Below are positions 1 through 10,811 of a stretch of 64,000 nucleotides of DNA, piece after piece. The DNA is taken from positions 1,240,001 through 1,304,000 of the forward strand of contig JAQOWU010000007.1 of the NCBI GenBank assembly GCA_030867685.1. The letters are read 5' to 3'. The notes under the pieces were generated by a model. That model saw only the letters and a list, made by a program, of their open reading frames with translations, ran no database searches and was not told where the DNA came from. Each line of letters opens with the position of its first letter. Position 1 is the stretch's first letter. The position numbers were made by a program, and so were the translations under genes. This DNA comes from Wickerhamiella versatilis. Its lineage: Eukaryota.

Positions 1-552
1 CGCGCAGCATTACCGCAATCGTGCCCAAGCTTTATATCGTTACGACTTGTAGAGGCACTGGCCAATTCAGCATACATACACTCTACGTACCCCCAGGAGA
101 TGCAGGCAAGTGCGGCCTTGACATGCGCCGTTGACGGCGTGATCTCGGGTGCACATGGACTGACCCACGAGGAAAGAGCATTATTTGGTCTCGCTCTAAG
201 TAATCGTTGGGGTGGACGACTTACCCATCGGTGGCAAGGCCTACGTAATTCTCTCCTGCATATCTGTAGACGGCACCTCGGGTGGTGGGCCCTGTATTTG
301 GGATGGATCATGCACCTGCTAGGCTGTGCCTATCCGGGTGCCCATGTACGGAACGACATTATTCACATCAGCTGTGCTGAGGGTCCCGAAAAATTACTCA
401 AGTTGACTGTCAGTTTGAGCCAAGACAGCGTATATAGTTGCAACGCCATTATGAGAAGAAGAGTCTCTTATGTTTGTGAACGTCTTCAGGACCTTAACGA
501 TGAATTCTATGGAGAGCATATGCCCATAGTCGAGGTCCATACAATCCAATAG
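1..552 (+). CDS. RTG2: Retrograde regulation protein 2 (Ppx/GppA family), 5'-truncated at window edge
   Basis: Frame open from base 1: ALANSAYIHSTYPQEMQASAAL...GAHGLTHEERALFGLALSNRWGG matches the Rtg2 C-terminal region. Confidence 0.8.
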   Translation, partial: RAALPQSCPSFISLRLVEALANSAYIHSTYPQEMQASAALTCAVDGVISGAHGLTHEERALFGLALSNRWGGRLTHRWQGLRNSLLHICRRHLGWWALYLGWIMHLLGCAYPGAHVRNDIIHISCAEGPEKLLKLTVSLSQDSVYSCNAIMRRRVSYVCERLQDLNDEFYGEHMPIVEVHTIQ

Positions 553-630
553 CAGCTCCCAACAGCTACGCCTGACTTAATTTATCATATCGTCCTAGAT
601 ATATATACTTTGACGCTAGTTTTGAATCCA

Positions 631-2094
631 TCATACTCGCTTGACACCGAGGCTACCTCCATTGGCCGCACGCTTCTGCGAAAGAGCGGCAATGATAGCG
701 GCGCCAGCACCAGAGCCATCCTCTGCAGCTACCATGGTAATGGGATGATCCTTCTCATACGGCGAATCCCAATCAAAGATGTCTGCAAGTGCTTTGGCAG
801 CCCGCTCTTTGAAATGTGGGTATCTGTTAAACACAGAACCATCTGCACCAGCCTTTGCGGTCTTCAGATTGCGTTTCATTGTCATTGCAGCTACACCGCA
901 CATAGATAGACGCGATGCTCTGGTACCCAGCAGCTCTGCGAGATGGCGGATCAGCTCACGCTCAGCATCCGTCGTGGAGATACCGTAATTCTCTGAGAAA
1001 AGAGTCTCTGTATCACTCAAGTTCTCAAATGGGTCCAACTCGATCTTAGCCAAGAATTCCGCATCCATCACAAATTTCTTGTCTAGTTTCGAAACGTCTT
1101 GCCCACGGAATATGCGACCCTGCTGGATGAGATCTTGAAGTATGAAACGAAGAAGTTCACCCAGAGTATAACCAGCAATCATCTTTTCAAAGCTTTGTTG
1201 ACCCGGGCGAGGACTTTCGAGATCAAGTCTATCATCATACTTCGTGCGGGGGAGCACCACATGATCATTATCAAAGGCGCCATACTCGCAGTTAATTGCC
1301 ATCCAGGAATCGGGACCGATGTCAGGAGGACACAGGCCCTCCAGCTTTGGAATGTTACCCACCTTGTCGTAGTAGGCAGCATTGCAGCCAGTGCCGAAGA
1401 TGCATCCCATTTCAATAGCTGGATCACAATAGTTAGAAATAACTAGAGTTCCTGTGGTGTCATTGATGACTGCACCAACTTTCACAGGTACCTTCTTTTG
1501 GTCCAGTGCGGCCTGGAGAAGGGGAGTCACATCCTTTCCCTCGACACCATCAACATCCCAGCCTTTTGTCCATCGTTGAAGGACACCGTGGTTAATAGCA
1601 TCCTGGGTTACTGGGTAGGAGAAAGTGAAACCGATGTAAACATCCTCCTTGCCGTAATCCTCTGGATGATAGTGTCTGAGGAAATTGTCCACACAATCAG
1701 CAGTGAAGTTCCAGAGCTCATCGCTGGTTCCTGTAATGACCTGTTGAGGAATCTTGTATTTTGATTGCGTGGTATCAAATCCCCGGCGGCCGTCCAGAGT
1801 AATCTCTGCGACACGCAAGTTTGTGCCACCCATATCAAGGGCGAGGAATGTCCCGGTTTCTTTTCCTGTGGGATAATCCATCACCCACGCAACATTCATC
1901 GGGATGTTTCCACCCTCCTTACTTAGGCCCTTTTCCAGTTCTTTCACGAAGTGTTTTGATATTTGTTTCAGCTTTTCAGCATCGACAGTCAAAAGATCCG
2001 AAAAATGCTCGAGTTCTGGCTTTAAGTCTTGAAGTTCTTCGGCATCAGCAGCTCCTTTACGAGCTGGCGGAGCTTTAGGTCCTAGGTGCACCAT
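631..2094 (-). CDS. HXK2: Hexokinase (Hxk1/Hxk2 type)
   Basis: MVHLGPK N-terminus, LALDMGGTNLRV, FTFSYP, WTKG, INDTTGT, GADGS, EDGSGAGAA. Confidence 0.95.
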   Translation of the reverse strand: MVHLGPKAPPARKGAADAEELQDLKPELEHFSDLLTVDAEKLKQISKHFVKELEKGLSKEGGNIPMNVAWVMDYPTGKETGTFLALDMGGTNLRVAEITLDGRRGFDTTQSKYKIPQQVITGTSDELWNFTADCVDNFLRHYHPEDYGKEDVYIGFTFSYPVTQDAINHGVLQRWTKGWDVDGVEGKDVTPLLQAALDQKKVPVKVGAVINDTTGTLVISNYCDPAIEMGCIFGTGCNAAYYDKVGNIPKLEGLCPPDIGPDSWMAINCEYGAFDNDHVVLPRTKYDDRLDLESPRPGQQSFEKMIAGYTLGELLRFILQDLIQQGRIFRGQDVSKLDKKFVMDAEFLAKIELDPFENLSDTETLFSENYGISTTDAERELIRHLAELLGTRASRLSMCGVAAMTMKRNLKTAKAGADGSVFNRYPHFKERAAKALADIFDWDSPYEKDHPITMVAAEDGSGAGAAIIAALSQKRAANGGSLGVKRV

Positions 2095-2505
2095 TTACGT
2101 CAATTGATTGCGTTGTGTTGCTGACTAGAGAGTTCGCTTATAATCTCCAATGCACGATTTAGTAATACGAGGGAATGCGTCGCGACGCTGCGAGACAATA
2201 GGTTGGTATACGTGGAAGATATCATTAGGCCGGGATGCTAAAGATTGATGAGAGCTGGAAGGCTATTATCAATTTTCATACTTAAATGATTAGAATTATG
2301 ATGGATGGGGGACCTCTTTCACATAGGGATCTCTATTACGTAGATTTTTCAGGTTCTTTCGAGATCTAAGGCTATGCATGGGCACCAGTTTGCCCGGATT
2401 GGGCCTTTAATAGCAAGAGGAGGGATCTCAGATGCATCAAAGGGCGCTTTTCCAGTTTTCGGTTCTCCAGACAAGTGTCTGGTCCAGTGACTAAGCACCG
2501 CCACA

Positions 2506-3690
2506 ATGACGTCTGAGCAGGCGGTGCCAGATATGGCGCTTTCTGAGCACATAAATGTGTTGCGCAATCCGCTGCTGTCGTCAAAGCACAAAGAATCCGC
2601 GAACAAGCTTGCTCGTGAAGTAGAGGAGCGTAAGCTTGGGGCTCTCTACCGCTACGTTGGCGAAGAACTCCAACTGATTCCATTTGATAAGGCGAAGTAT
2701 GCTGAGTTCCAGAAAGCAAACGACGAGAACACTGCAAAGCTGCAGAGCGGCATTGAAGAGGCCTCGCAGGCCGAGGATGAGGGTGCGGTTGTTGATGCCT
2801 GGCTGGCACTCGCGAATCACTATACTGCTGTGCTTGACCGCACCCAGGCGCTGGAGACGCTGCAAAAGACGGCAGACCTTACCGCTTCAGTTGGTGCTAA
2901 GATAGACATTGTACTCACAATGATACGCATTGGTTACTTCTTTACCGACAAGTCCTTAATCGCCAAGGAGCTGGCCAATGCAGAGAGCCTGATAGAAAGA
3001 GGCGGTGATTGGGAGCGCAAAAACAAGTTTAAGACCTACAAGGGGCTTTATCTCATGTCCATAAGAAACTTTGATGAGGCAGCGCAGCTTCTGTTGGATT
3101 CTTTTGCCACATTTACTTGCACGGAACTCTTGAACTACGCTGATATGGTCGGGTTCGGTGTTCTTTGTGGCGCTATTTCTCTTGCCCGGACTGACTTGAA
3201 GCGGCGTGTTGTGGATAGTCCAGAGATTTTGTCGTTGTTGCCGACAACAAAGAGCTTAGAGCCCCTAAGCATCCTAACCAACTCTTTGTACACGGGTGAA
3301 TATTCGACGTTCTTGCAGGCTCTGGCAGATGTGGAGGTACACATATTGAAGACTTCCTGGCTGTTGGCTCCTCATTCAGCATTCTATGTCAGAGAGATGC
3401 GTCGCAAGGCGTATACACAATTGCTCGAGTCATACATGGCCCTGAGCCTTAAAAGTATGGCTGACACCTTTGGTGTTAGCGTGGAATATCTCGAGAAGGA
3501 TCTTGCGCGTCTTATACCTCAGAAGAAATTGAACTGTGTTGTCGATCGTGTTAATGGGGTGGTAATTACCAATCGACTCGACACCAAGAATGCGCAGTAT
3601 CAACAGCTTGTGCAAGAGGGTGACGCATTACTCACAAAACTCCAGAAATATGGTGCAGCAGTACGCTTGTATGGTGCAGATGAGTATTAA
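2506..3690 (+). CDS. RPN7: 26S proteasome lid subunit Rpn7
   Basis: GGDWERKNKFKTYKG, YVREMRRKAYTQLLESY, C-terminal PCI domain. Confidence 0.95.
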   Translation: MTSEQAVPDMALSEHINVLRNPLLSSKHKESANKLAREVEERKLGALYRYVGEELQLIPFDKAKYAEFQKANDENTAKLQSGIEEASQAEDEGAVVDAWLALANHYTAVLDRTQALETLQKTADLTASVGAKIDIVLTMIRIGYFFTDKSLIAKELANAESLIERGGDWERKNKFKTYKGLYLMSIRNFDEAAQLLLDSFATFTCTELLNYADMVGFGVLCGAISLARTDLKRRVVDSPEILSLLPTTKSLEPLSILTNSLYTGEYSTFLQALADVEVHILKTSWLLAPHSAFYVREMRRKAYTQLLESYMALSLKSMADTFGVSVEYLEKDLARLIPQKKLNCVVDRVNGVVITNRLDTKNAQYQQLVQEGDALLTKLQKYGAAVRLYGADEY

Positions 3691-4371
3691 ATGTATAGGT
3701 TTAGTTTTAGAAATCAACTGTTATTGTAGCTGGGATATCAGTAGCTGTTGAAAGTATCTATGCCTGCAAAATAGGTCTCCATTGAAGCTCTAAACAACAA
3801 TAAAAAAGTTACCAACATACGCTGGTTGGATCAAAATCAATGTGTTAAGTAGACTCGGCACCACAATTACCTATTAAGGAAGGTGGTGCGAGGTAATAGT
3901 GTGTGATCGGCGCAAGCCACGGTTATCATTGGTTTGAAGCCAAAGTAAAATAAATAAAGAACTATGTCAACCACAAACATCCCCAGTTATTTGTTTAGAG
4001 GAAGTATTGCTTCCGACCTGTCATAAATGGTATGTACCATCGTGCAATTTCCGTAAAATTGAACGGCTCGATTTAGGTCATTTTCAAAGGTAGAGTACTA
4101 TTTAAATCTGCTTGATAGGATATATCTAGTATTTTGAAATACTATGTAGCTAATACAAGCCCCGTTAACTACGCATACCTTGCAAACCCTCGTGCGCTTG
4201 CTTTGCGGACCCACAGTTATATCGCGCAATAAAACCTAACCACTCGCAATAATCCTATAAGAGTACTAAAACCGTATATTCAAATTGTGGGTGTTTTTCA
4301 GAGGATGGCCCGTATCAGTGACGAAGCCCTTCAGAGCTGGTGTCGTCAGCAGCCATTCCGTACCGTAGAGA

Positions 4372-4914
4372 ATGCCCGGTCCAAGCGGTTCTCTGGCGGT
4401 CCTGAGGCCCGCCAGACACGGAAGAATTGTCACAACCAGGTCGTTCCTCACAACATTAGAGCAGAAGCCTCGAGAAATTCGTCTGCGGCGAGCTCTCGCG
4501 CTGCCAGCCCAGCACATGCTTGATGTGGTGAGCACGGTCGAGCATTACGGCGAGTTTCTCCCTTATTGCCGGAGCTGCGTGGTAAATAAAAGAGATTCAC
4601 GTGGCTATCCTCAGAGAGCACTTATGTCTGTTGGCTGGCAGAATCTCACTGAGGAATTTGAGAGCATTGTTTCCTGCGACATCCAAAAAGGAATCATTAT
4701 ATCTGAGGCAGCAGATAGTAAAATATTCTCGGTTCTACTCTCACAGTGGACGATAAAGGATATATCAGAAGGTCGTTGCAGTGTTGAACTAATTCTGAAG
4801 TTCAAATTTCACTCAGCGCTGTACAACTCGGTGACCAGTACATTTGGTCCCACCCTGGCTAAGAAAATGGTGGAAGCTTTTTCCACTCGCGCACGCAAAA
4901 CATATAAGCATTAA
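4372..4914 (+). CDS. COQ10: Coenzyme Q-binding START/SRPBCC-domain protein
   Basis: Arg-rich mitochondrial presequence; DVVSTVEHYGEFLPYC; F-S-x-V pattern; MVEAFSTRA end. Confidence 0.85.
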   Translation: MPGPSGSLAVLRPARHGRIVTTRSFLTTLEQKPREIRLRRALALPAQHMLDVVSTVEHYGEFLPYCRSCVVNKRDSRGYPQRALMSVGWQNLTEEFESIVSCDIQKGIIISEAADSKIFSVLLSQWTIKDISEGRCSVELILKFKFHSALYNSVTSTFGPTLAKKMVEAFSTRARKTYKH

Positions 4915-5014
4915 AAGAATAATTAAAGTCTGTCTAGATATCTAGAGTGAGAGACAAAAAGTGGCGTAACTTTTTCGAACGTGTGTTGTTTATCGTGGCT
5001 TACAAGTAAGCAGC

Positions 5015-6514
5015 ATGTCTGGATGGGGCTCGGAAGAGACAACGCTAACGACAGCAAACCACGACATACCTTTGCAGTTCAAGGCGCTTTTCGTTGAAAT
5101 GTCGCCTTCTAATGGGGAGGTGAGCTCATCGAAGGTGGGCTCCCTTCTCACGCGCGCCGGAATATCCAGCAGTGACGCTGCAACCATTTTACAGGAGACT
5201 GCTGGCAGGTGTACAACATTGCAAGAGCCTGATGTTTATAGGGCTCTATCAATGGCACGTGGAGCCCAAGTTGGCGATGGTATAACGAAGGAGGTTTGGT
5301 CAGATCTTGATCTGGATAAACCAGCAGAGAATTCTGTGGAAGACTCTGACGACCCTGTGCCCGATTATAACCCATTTAATGGCCAGAAGTTGATTAGAGT
5401 CACTCGGTTTAAGAATGTTACGGGCTCTTTTGTCTTTAAACACGTTGTGTTCTCAGTTAGTGGTCTATTCAATGATGAACCGTTTAATGTGGTACGCCGT
5501 TATTCTGACTTTTGTCGCCTGCTTGAACAGCTAGTTCATGTATTCCCCTTTCGCATACTTCCAGTACTACCCCCCAAACGATTAGGTCTTAGTGGGCGGT
5601 ACTTTACAGGCGACACTGACGAATTTCTGGAGCGACGACGGTTCGGGCTCGAAAAGTTCATTAATCTGGTTGCGCAACATCCTGTTGTGAGCAAGCATGC
5701 ACTCGTACGTACCTTCCTTTTTGTGGAATCTCAATTTGAGGTTGCTCAACATCAGGTCAGCCTTAAGCCAGAACTCGACACACATGTTGCTTCCCCTGCA
5801 TTCATTGCTCGCTGGGACGACGAGACTGAACGAAGACGCTGGGAAGGCATTCGGCTGGGCACGGACGAATTCTTGGCTCAATTAGCGCAGCTTATCCACA
5901 TTTTAGAAAAAGCAGCCCAGCGGCGAGAAGCAGTGGCAGCTGATTGGAGACAGGCAGGAAGAAGCTGGCTAGCATTGAGCAGGTCATTACATGACACCTA
6001 TCCTGATGACCAAAGCCATATCAGTGCTATTCAAAATGGATTAGAGGAAGCTGCCTCTGCATCTCAGGACGTGCCTGCTTCGCTTCCCGATGTCCAGACA
6101 TTGTCGGATCTCAGGTTCTATAGGTTGACATTACTATCAGTCCGTGAGCTGTTTTCAAGGCATATGAGATTGTCAAAGACGAATATTCCCGCCCTTGAAA
6201 GGAAAATACATGCTAATCAGCGAAAACTTGCCGAGCGTGCGACCCAGCCAGATACCACTGATGAGGACCTTCTCAAGGTGCGCGTCGTAATTCAGGACGC
6301 ACAGGAAGAGATACAGAGACAAAGGAACTCCACATGGTCCATTCGTGAGATAATGAGCCGAGAACTTCGAATGGTCCAATCTACCCAGCTTGCAATCCCC
6401 TTGTTCATCTCGTCGCTGGCCGACGAGGTGACATCTGATGCTGAGAATGCTACTGTGTTTGCCCAACACTTGAGTGAAGGTTGCAATGCCATGAAGGGAC
6501 CTCTCAATATTTAG
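5015..6514 (+). CDS. MVP1: Sorting nexin Mvp1 (SNX8), PX-BAR
   Basis: PX motifs VVRRYSDF, FPFRILPVLPPKR, FLERRRFGL; C-terminal helical BAR region. Confidence 0.85.
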   Translation: MSGWGSEETTLTTANHDIPLQFKALFVEMSPSNGEVSSSKVGSLLTRAGISSSDAATILQETAGRCTTLQEPDVYRALSMARGAQVGDGITKEVWSDLDLDKPAENSVEDSDDPVPDYNPFNGQKLIRVTRFKNVTGSFVFKHVVFSVSGLFNDEPFNVVRRYSDFCRLLEQLVHVFPFRILPVLPPKRLGLSGRYFTGDTDEFLERRRFGLEKFINLVAQHPVVSKHALVRTFLFVESQFEVAQHQVSLKPELDTHVASPAFIARWDDETERRRWEGIRLGTDEFLAQLAQLIHILEKAAQRREAVAADWRQAGRSWLALSRSLHDTYPDDQSHISAIQNGLEEAASASQDVPASLPDVQTLSDLRFYRLTLLSVRELFSRHMRLSKTNIPALERKIHANQRKLAERATQPDTTDEDLLKVRVVIQDAQEEIQRQRNSTWSIREIMSRELRMVQSTQLAIPLFISSLADEVTSDAENATVFAQHLSEGCNAMKGPLNI

Positions 6515-6651
6515 AGTGATCACCAACTACTAACTCATGAGTAGACTAACTAACCGCTAATACGAAAATAATTATTGTAAACCCAAGGATGGTTTTATTA
6601 AGAAAATGTACAAATGCACAGACTTATGTTACGAATAAAAAAGTACCAGAT

Positions 6652-8997
6652 TTAAGCAGAGTCAACAAGATCTTTTAAAATCTCAATGCAATCACTATCA
6701 TTGGCATCATCGGTGTCGAATAAAACTTTTGCCAGTGAGTCACATAGCTCGACCAGCGGGATACCACGATTCACTAACTGCTTGGCAAAACCAACAATAA
6801 AGGCAAGCACATTTGCAGATACAGGTGGCAATTTCGAGAAAATATCGTCTGAGGAATCAATTTCACTTAAGAGGCGTGTGGGCAAATATTCAAATATAGC
6901 CAAAAGAACATGCCATACGGCCTTAGAGCCTGCCTGGCCGTGGTCACGATTTGCAGAGTCTAACACCTCCTCATCAAATTCCTGGCCTTCATCGAGCCAT
7001 TTTAAAACTTGATCAAAGACTGAAGGGTATGAACTGCTACCTAGCAATTCGTTTGAAAAGCGTGAGGTAAGATAATGAGTACAAGCCCAAATTTGTTTGG
7101 GAAGATTTGTGGTCAACTCATTTGTATGCTCATTCCGAGCACCCTGGGACATCAGACACATTCCTTCGAGTGACGCACCAATGCAGGATGGGAGCGTTTT
7201 CAAATTGATGCAAACGTATTTCTCGAGATGCTCATGGTTTCGGGTACTAATTACAATAATACTCTGAATCTCCTGGAGCTCACCGCCTTTAGCAACTGGC
7301 ATTGTGGCTTGTACTAATATGCGGGTTGTTTGATTGTCAGGGGTGAGTTCTCCCTGATTCGGGACTACATGCAGATTCTCTGGGACAGTAACAACCCAAG
7401 ACAGGGGCCTTATAATCTCTGAACTTAGCGTAAGCCAAACAGCCTGTTTTGAAAAAGGTCCTCCCGTGAGTTCACTAGTTGCGGGCTCAATTCCCAAACG
7501 CGGACGCACTCTATTTTCTGCAGCATCCACAATTCTGAGTGAGCGGCCTACCGTGGTTCCGCGTTCCAGATTATCAATATAATTACAATTCACAGTTGTC
7601 CGCAATATTACTGGACGATGATCGCTTTGGCGTTGGTCTACAGAGTCGTAAGACTCAACGGTACAGTCACCAACATAGAATATTCGATCTGTATAAGAGG
7701 GTATCCTTGTAGAGAGCTTAGAAGTACCCAAGTCATATTTATAGGTTGGGGGAAACCCTATAGGGGCTTCCTCAAAGCCCCGGAAAATCGTCCTGTTAGA
7801 TATCTCCTTACGCAAAGTGTCATACCGGAGCAGCTGGTCATACTTCTTTTCTGAAACGAGAGCTTTGGCCTTGTTTTCGTCAAGGAGGACTCTATAGTTC
7901 AAATCACCTAGAACTATTGTTAGCTTGACTGGCAAGTGGGTACTTCTCTCAGGACGGACTGTATCGGCGTCATCACCACCTTCCCAAGGCCCTGGACTCC
8001 TTGATTTAGCCCCTTTACCATCACCGTAATCATCATAGGCCATTGTAATATGCGATACGGAATCGTTGACATCGCTAAGACTCGAGATATCGTCTTCATC
8101 ATATTCAGCAGCAGCCGCGGCGAAATCAAGATCCTTTGATGATGGGGCTAGACCAGAAATCTTGAAGCGGTGTGCAATTTCACTTAGCTCCCAACGTCGA
8201 CGTTCCATTTGAGAGCTTCCATCACCAGCGCTGAGGTGACAATTGGCAATCTTTACCTCGATACCGTCTCCAAGGACTTGATCATTGAAGAGCTTGAAAC
8301 TACTTAACACCGCTCCCTTATTTCCCCATACACCCATAAATCCTGTGGAGGTTGTATCTGTTTTCTTGTCGCTAATGTACTGTTCCAAGTTCTTGCGTAC
8401 TAGAACGAGAGTCATAATTCCCAATAGCTGTACCGAAGAAACCAGCGAATAAAGACTGGCACCTAAAGCACCTAAAATGGCATCTGAAGCCGTAGTTTGT
8501 GTGGTAGACGATGCTGTGATACTGCGATTCAATTGGTCGCTTTCTTGAATAGCAACTATCACCACATCGGTTGTTGGTAGAAACTTGAACGCTTTCGAAT
8601 CGGCAAAGTCCGCTAGCGTTCCACCACAGTTCCAGGTCACGGCAGATATGGATAATTGACGGCTACGGCAAAGGTTTTGATAATCGCCGAATAGCTCCGC
8701 AATACGGGCAGTGGTTGCATCCGTGGGACCTACCTGCCCGTTCCAGTAGTGAACGAATTCTAAAAGTTGCTTCGTTTCTGCCTCAGTGCGAACGCTCAGA
8801 AGGCCAATATCTTGACCTTCGAATGCAACACTCACGGTACCAGGGCTTTTGTCATTGGTACGTATCGAGAAGTGGCGACCATACGCTGAGCCCTTTCGGG
8901 TATGAGCCCAAGAGTCCTCAGTATCCAGAATGCTACGCAGCTCGTAGACGTGATCGCTAGCTAGGCTGAGGATATAGCTGTCCGTGCATATGTGCAT
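6652..8997 (-). CDS. Inositol polyphosphate 5-phosphatase, OCRL/INPP5B-like (5-phosphatase plus probable ASH and RhoGAP-like tail)
   Basis: TWN, GNKGAV, NCHLSAG, GDLNYR, PPTYKYD, PSYTDRI, SDHRPV; first in-frame ATG at 8997 (track starts at GTG 9033). Confidence 0.85.
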   Translation of the reverse strand: MHICTDSYILSLASDHVYELRSILDTEDSWAHTRKGSAYGRHFSIRTNDKSPGTVSVAFEGQDIGLLSVRTEAETKQLLEFVHYWNGQVGPTDATTARIAELFGDYQNLCRSRQLSISAVTWNCGGTLADFADSKAFKFLPTTDVVIVAIQESDQLNRSITASSTTQTTASDAILGALGASLYSLVSSVQLLGIMTLVLVRKNLEQYISDKKTDTTSTGFMGVWGNKGAVLSSFKLFNDQVLGDGIEVKIANCHLSAGDGSSQMERRRWELSEIAHRFKISGLAPSSKDLDFAAAAAEYDEDDISSLSDVNDSVSHITMAYDDYGDGKGAKSRSPGPWEGGDDADTVRPERSTHLPVKLTIVLGDLNYRVLLDENKAKALVSEKKYDQLLRYDTLRKEISNRTIFRGFEEAPIGFPPTYKYDLGTSKLSTRIPSYTDRIFYVGDCTVESYDSVDQRQSDHRPVILRTTVNCNYIDNLERGTTVGRSLRIVDAAENRVRPRLGIEPATSELTGGPFSKQAVWLTLSSEIIRPLSWVVTVPENLHVVPNQGELTPDNQTTRILVQATMPVAKGGELQEIQSIIVISTRNHEHLEKYVCINLKTLPSCIGASLEGMCLMSQGARNEHTNELTTNLPKQIWACTHYLTSRFSNELLGSSSYPSVFDQVLKWLDEGQEFDEEVLDSANRDHGQAGSKAVWHVLLAIFEYLPTRLLSEIDSSDDIFSKLPPVSANVLAFIVGFAKQLVNRGIPLVELCDSLAKVLFDTDDANDSDCIEILKDLVDSA

Positions 8998-9102
8998 TGC
9001 TGACGCGAGAATCGCCACGGGCAGATGATACACGTTCGGATCTATCGGAAATATTCTACCGTAGGATTACCTAGAATTATTTTTATTGCTAAACACTTAA
9101 AA

Positions 9103-9129
9103 AAAATTCAAAATTCAAAATCCAAAATC
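9103..9129. repeat. Short imperfect 7-mer tandem repeat (AAAATTC/AAAATCC)x~4 in divergent promoter
   Basis: aaaattc aaaattc aaaatcc aaaatc read directly. Confidence 0.5.
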
Positions 9130-9165
9130 AGTGGACGGCTCTGTGTAAGGTAAGGTGATCAGGTA

Positions 9166-10608
9166 ATGATTCCGGAGGTAGTTGTGGGGGCGTTCCTCAA
9201 GCTGCTGCTGTACCCTGCGTATCACAGCACAGATTTTGATGTTCACCGAAACTGGCTAGCCATTACACATGGTGTGCCACTCCGAGAGTGGTACTATGAA
9301 GCTACTAGTCAGTGGACACTTGACTACCCCCCATTTTTCGCATACTTCGAGTGGTTAATTGGCTGGTTTGCACCGAACTCAGTTATTGAAGATGGCTGTT
9401 TTGAAATTATTCCCACCGGCAACTATGGGTGGCCTACTGTAGTGTTTCAGCGCACGACTGTGGTCATCACCGAGCTACTGCTGTCGGCCGCGTTGTACGC
9501 CTTTGTAAAGACCCGGGAAGAGGAATCCTGGGGACTGGGTTATAAGCAAAGAAAGGCAGTGGCTGCCATAATATGGCTTCACCCTGGCTGGCTCATATTG
9601 GATCATATCCATTTCCAGTATAACGGGTTTCTATTTGGAATATTTGTGTTCTCTCTCGTGGCTGGCTCACGGGGCCACTACCTTTGGTGCGCAGCGACAT
9701 TTGCAACGTTGCTATGTTTCAAGCATATTTTCCTATACGTAGCTCCCGCGTACTTTGCCTGGCTTTTACGAGGCTACATATTGCAAAATGGTCAAATACA
9801 CTTTATGAGAGCCATAAAACTTGGACTTGCCACACTTTCCCCTATAATAGTAGCAATAGCGCCATTTATCAATGACTGGGAACAATTGGTTACTCGTCTT
9901 TTCCCTTTTAGCCGCGGGCTAACACATGCTTATTGGGCCCCTAACATTTGGGCTCTTTATTCTTTTGCAGACAAGGTAATTGGTGTTATTCGTGGAAATT
10001 CAGTAGGGGGTGGCTCTAGAGGTATCGTGGGTGATGTGGCATTCTCCAACCTTCCTCAGCTCACCCCGTTTGCTTGTTTTGTGATATCTGCTGCCCTTCA
10101 ATTCTGTTCCATTATTCCAGTATTATTGAAGCCGAGCTTTACGCGTTTTCTTGCAACAATAACATCTTGTGCCTTCGCGTCCTTTCTCTTTGGCTGGCAT
10201 GTTCATGAAAAGGCCATTATGCTTGTGGTTGTGCCATTTGCATTTTTGTCCTTGGTAAATCGCCGCTTGCTAGTTGCATTCTACCCACTTCTTTGGGTTA
10301 GCTGTGTGTCTCTATTCCCTCTGATTTGGACTCGTGAAGAGACGATAATTAAGTATGTATATACGGCATGCTACTTGCTGGTCTGCCAAGTGACGTTGCG
10401 GGAGCTTGCGCCCGTGGTTCCTCGCACATGGTACTTTGATCGTTTCATGACACTTTACTGTTTGGGGTATATCGTAGTTCTGCCATTGTCTGCCCTCCCT
10501 CTGGGCAACTACGAGTTTGCGGGACTCATGCTCCTCTCTTTGTATAGTGCGGTGGGGGTCATCGCTTCCTGGATTGGATTTAGCTGGATATTTTTAATGA
10601 CGCTATAA
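9166..10608 (+). CDS. ALG8: Dol-P-Glc:Glc1Man9GlcNAc2-PP-Dol alpha-1,3-glucosyltransferase
   Basis: YHSTDFDVHRNWLAIT, WTLDYPPFFAYFE, DHIHFQYNG, RLFPFSRGLTHAYWAPN, HVHEKA. Confidence 0.95.
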   Translation: MIPEVVVGAFLKLLLYPAYHSTDFDVHRNWLAITHGVPLREWYYEATSQWTLDYPPFFAYFEWLIGWFAPNSVIEDGCFEIIPTGNYGWPTVVFQRTTVVITELLLSAALYAFVKTREEESWGLGYKQRKAVAAIIWLHPGWLILDHIHFQYNGFLFGIFVFSLVAGSRGHYLWCAATFATLLCFKHIFLYVAPAYFAWLLRGYILQNGQIHFMRAIKLGLATLSPIIVAIAPFINDWEQLVTRLFPFSRGLTHAYWAPNIWALYSFADKVIGVIRGNSVGGGSRGIVGDVAFSNLPQLTPFACFVISAALQFCSIIPVLLKPSFTRFLATITSCAFASFLFGWHVHEKAIMLVVVPFAFLSLVNRRLLVAFYPLLWVSCVSLFPLIWTREETIIKYVYTACYLLVCQVTLRELAPVVPRTWYFDRFMTLYCLGYIVVLPLSALPLGNYEFAGLMLLSLYSAVGVIASWIGFSWIFLMTL

Positions 10609-10737
10609 TTCTCTGCTATTGACACTAAAAAAATACAATAATAAGTATATATACACATAAACGCGTACTAGCTAGTCCTGTTGAATCAATCTGACATTCC
10701 ATCTACAGAAATCACAATTACGTAATTGATGGAGTGG

Positions 10738-10765
10738 CACGTGACTCTGAATACAGAGGTCCAAT
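10738..10765 (+). promoter_or_regulatory. Cbf1-type CACGTGAC (10738-10745) and CCAAT box (10761-10765) upstream of CYT1
   Basis: Motifs read directly; fits known Cbf1/Hap-complex control of respiratory genes. Confidence 0.5.
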
Positions 10766-10811
10766 CAAAAATCGTTCAAACGCACGTAAGCACATCAGTA
10801 GACTGACTGCG

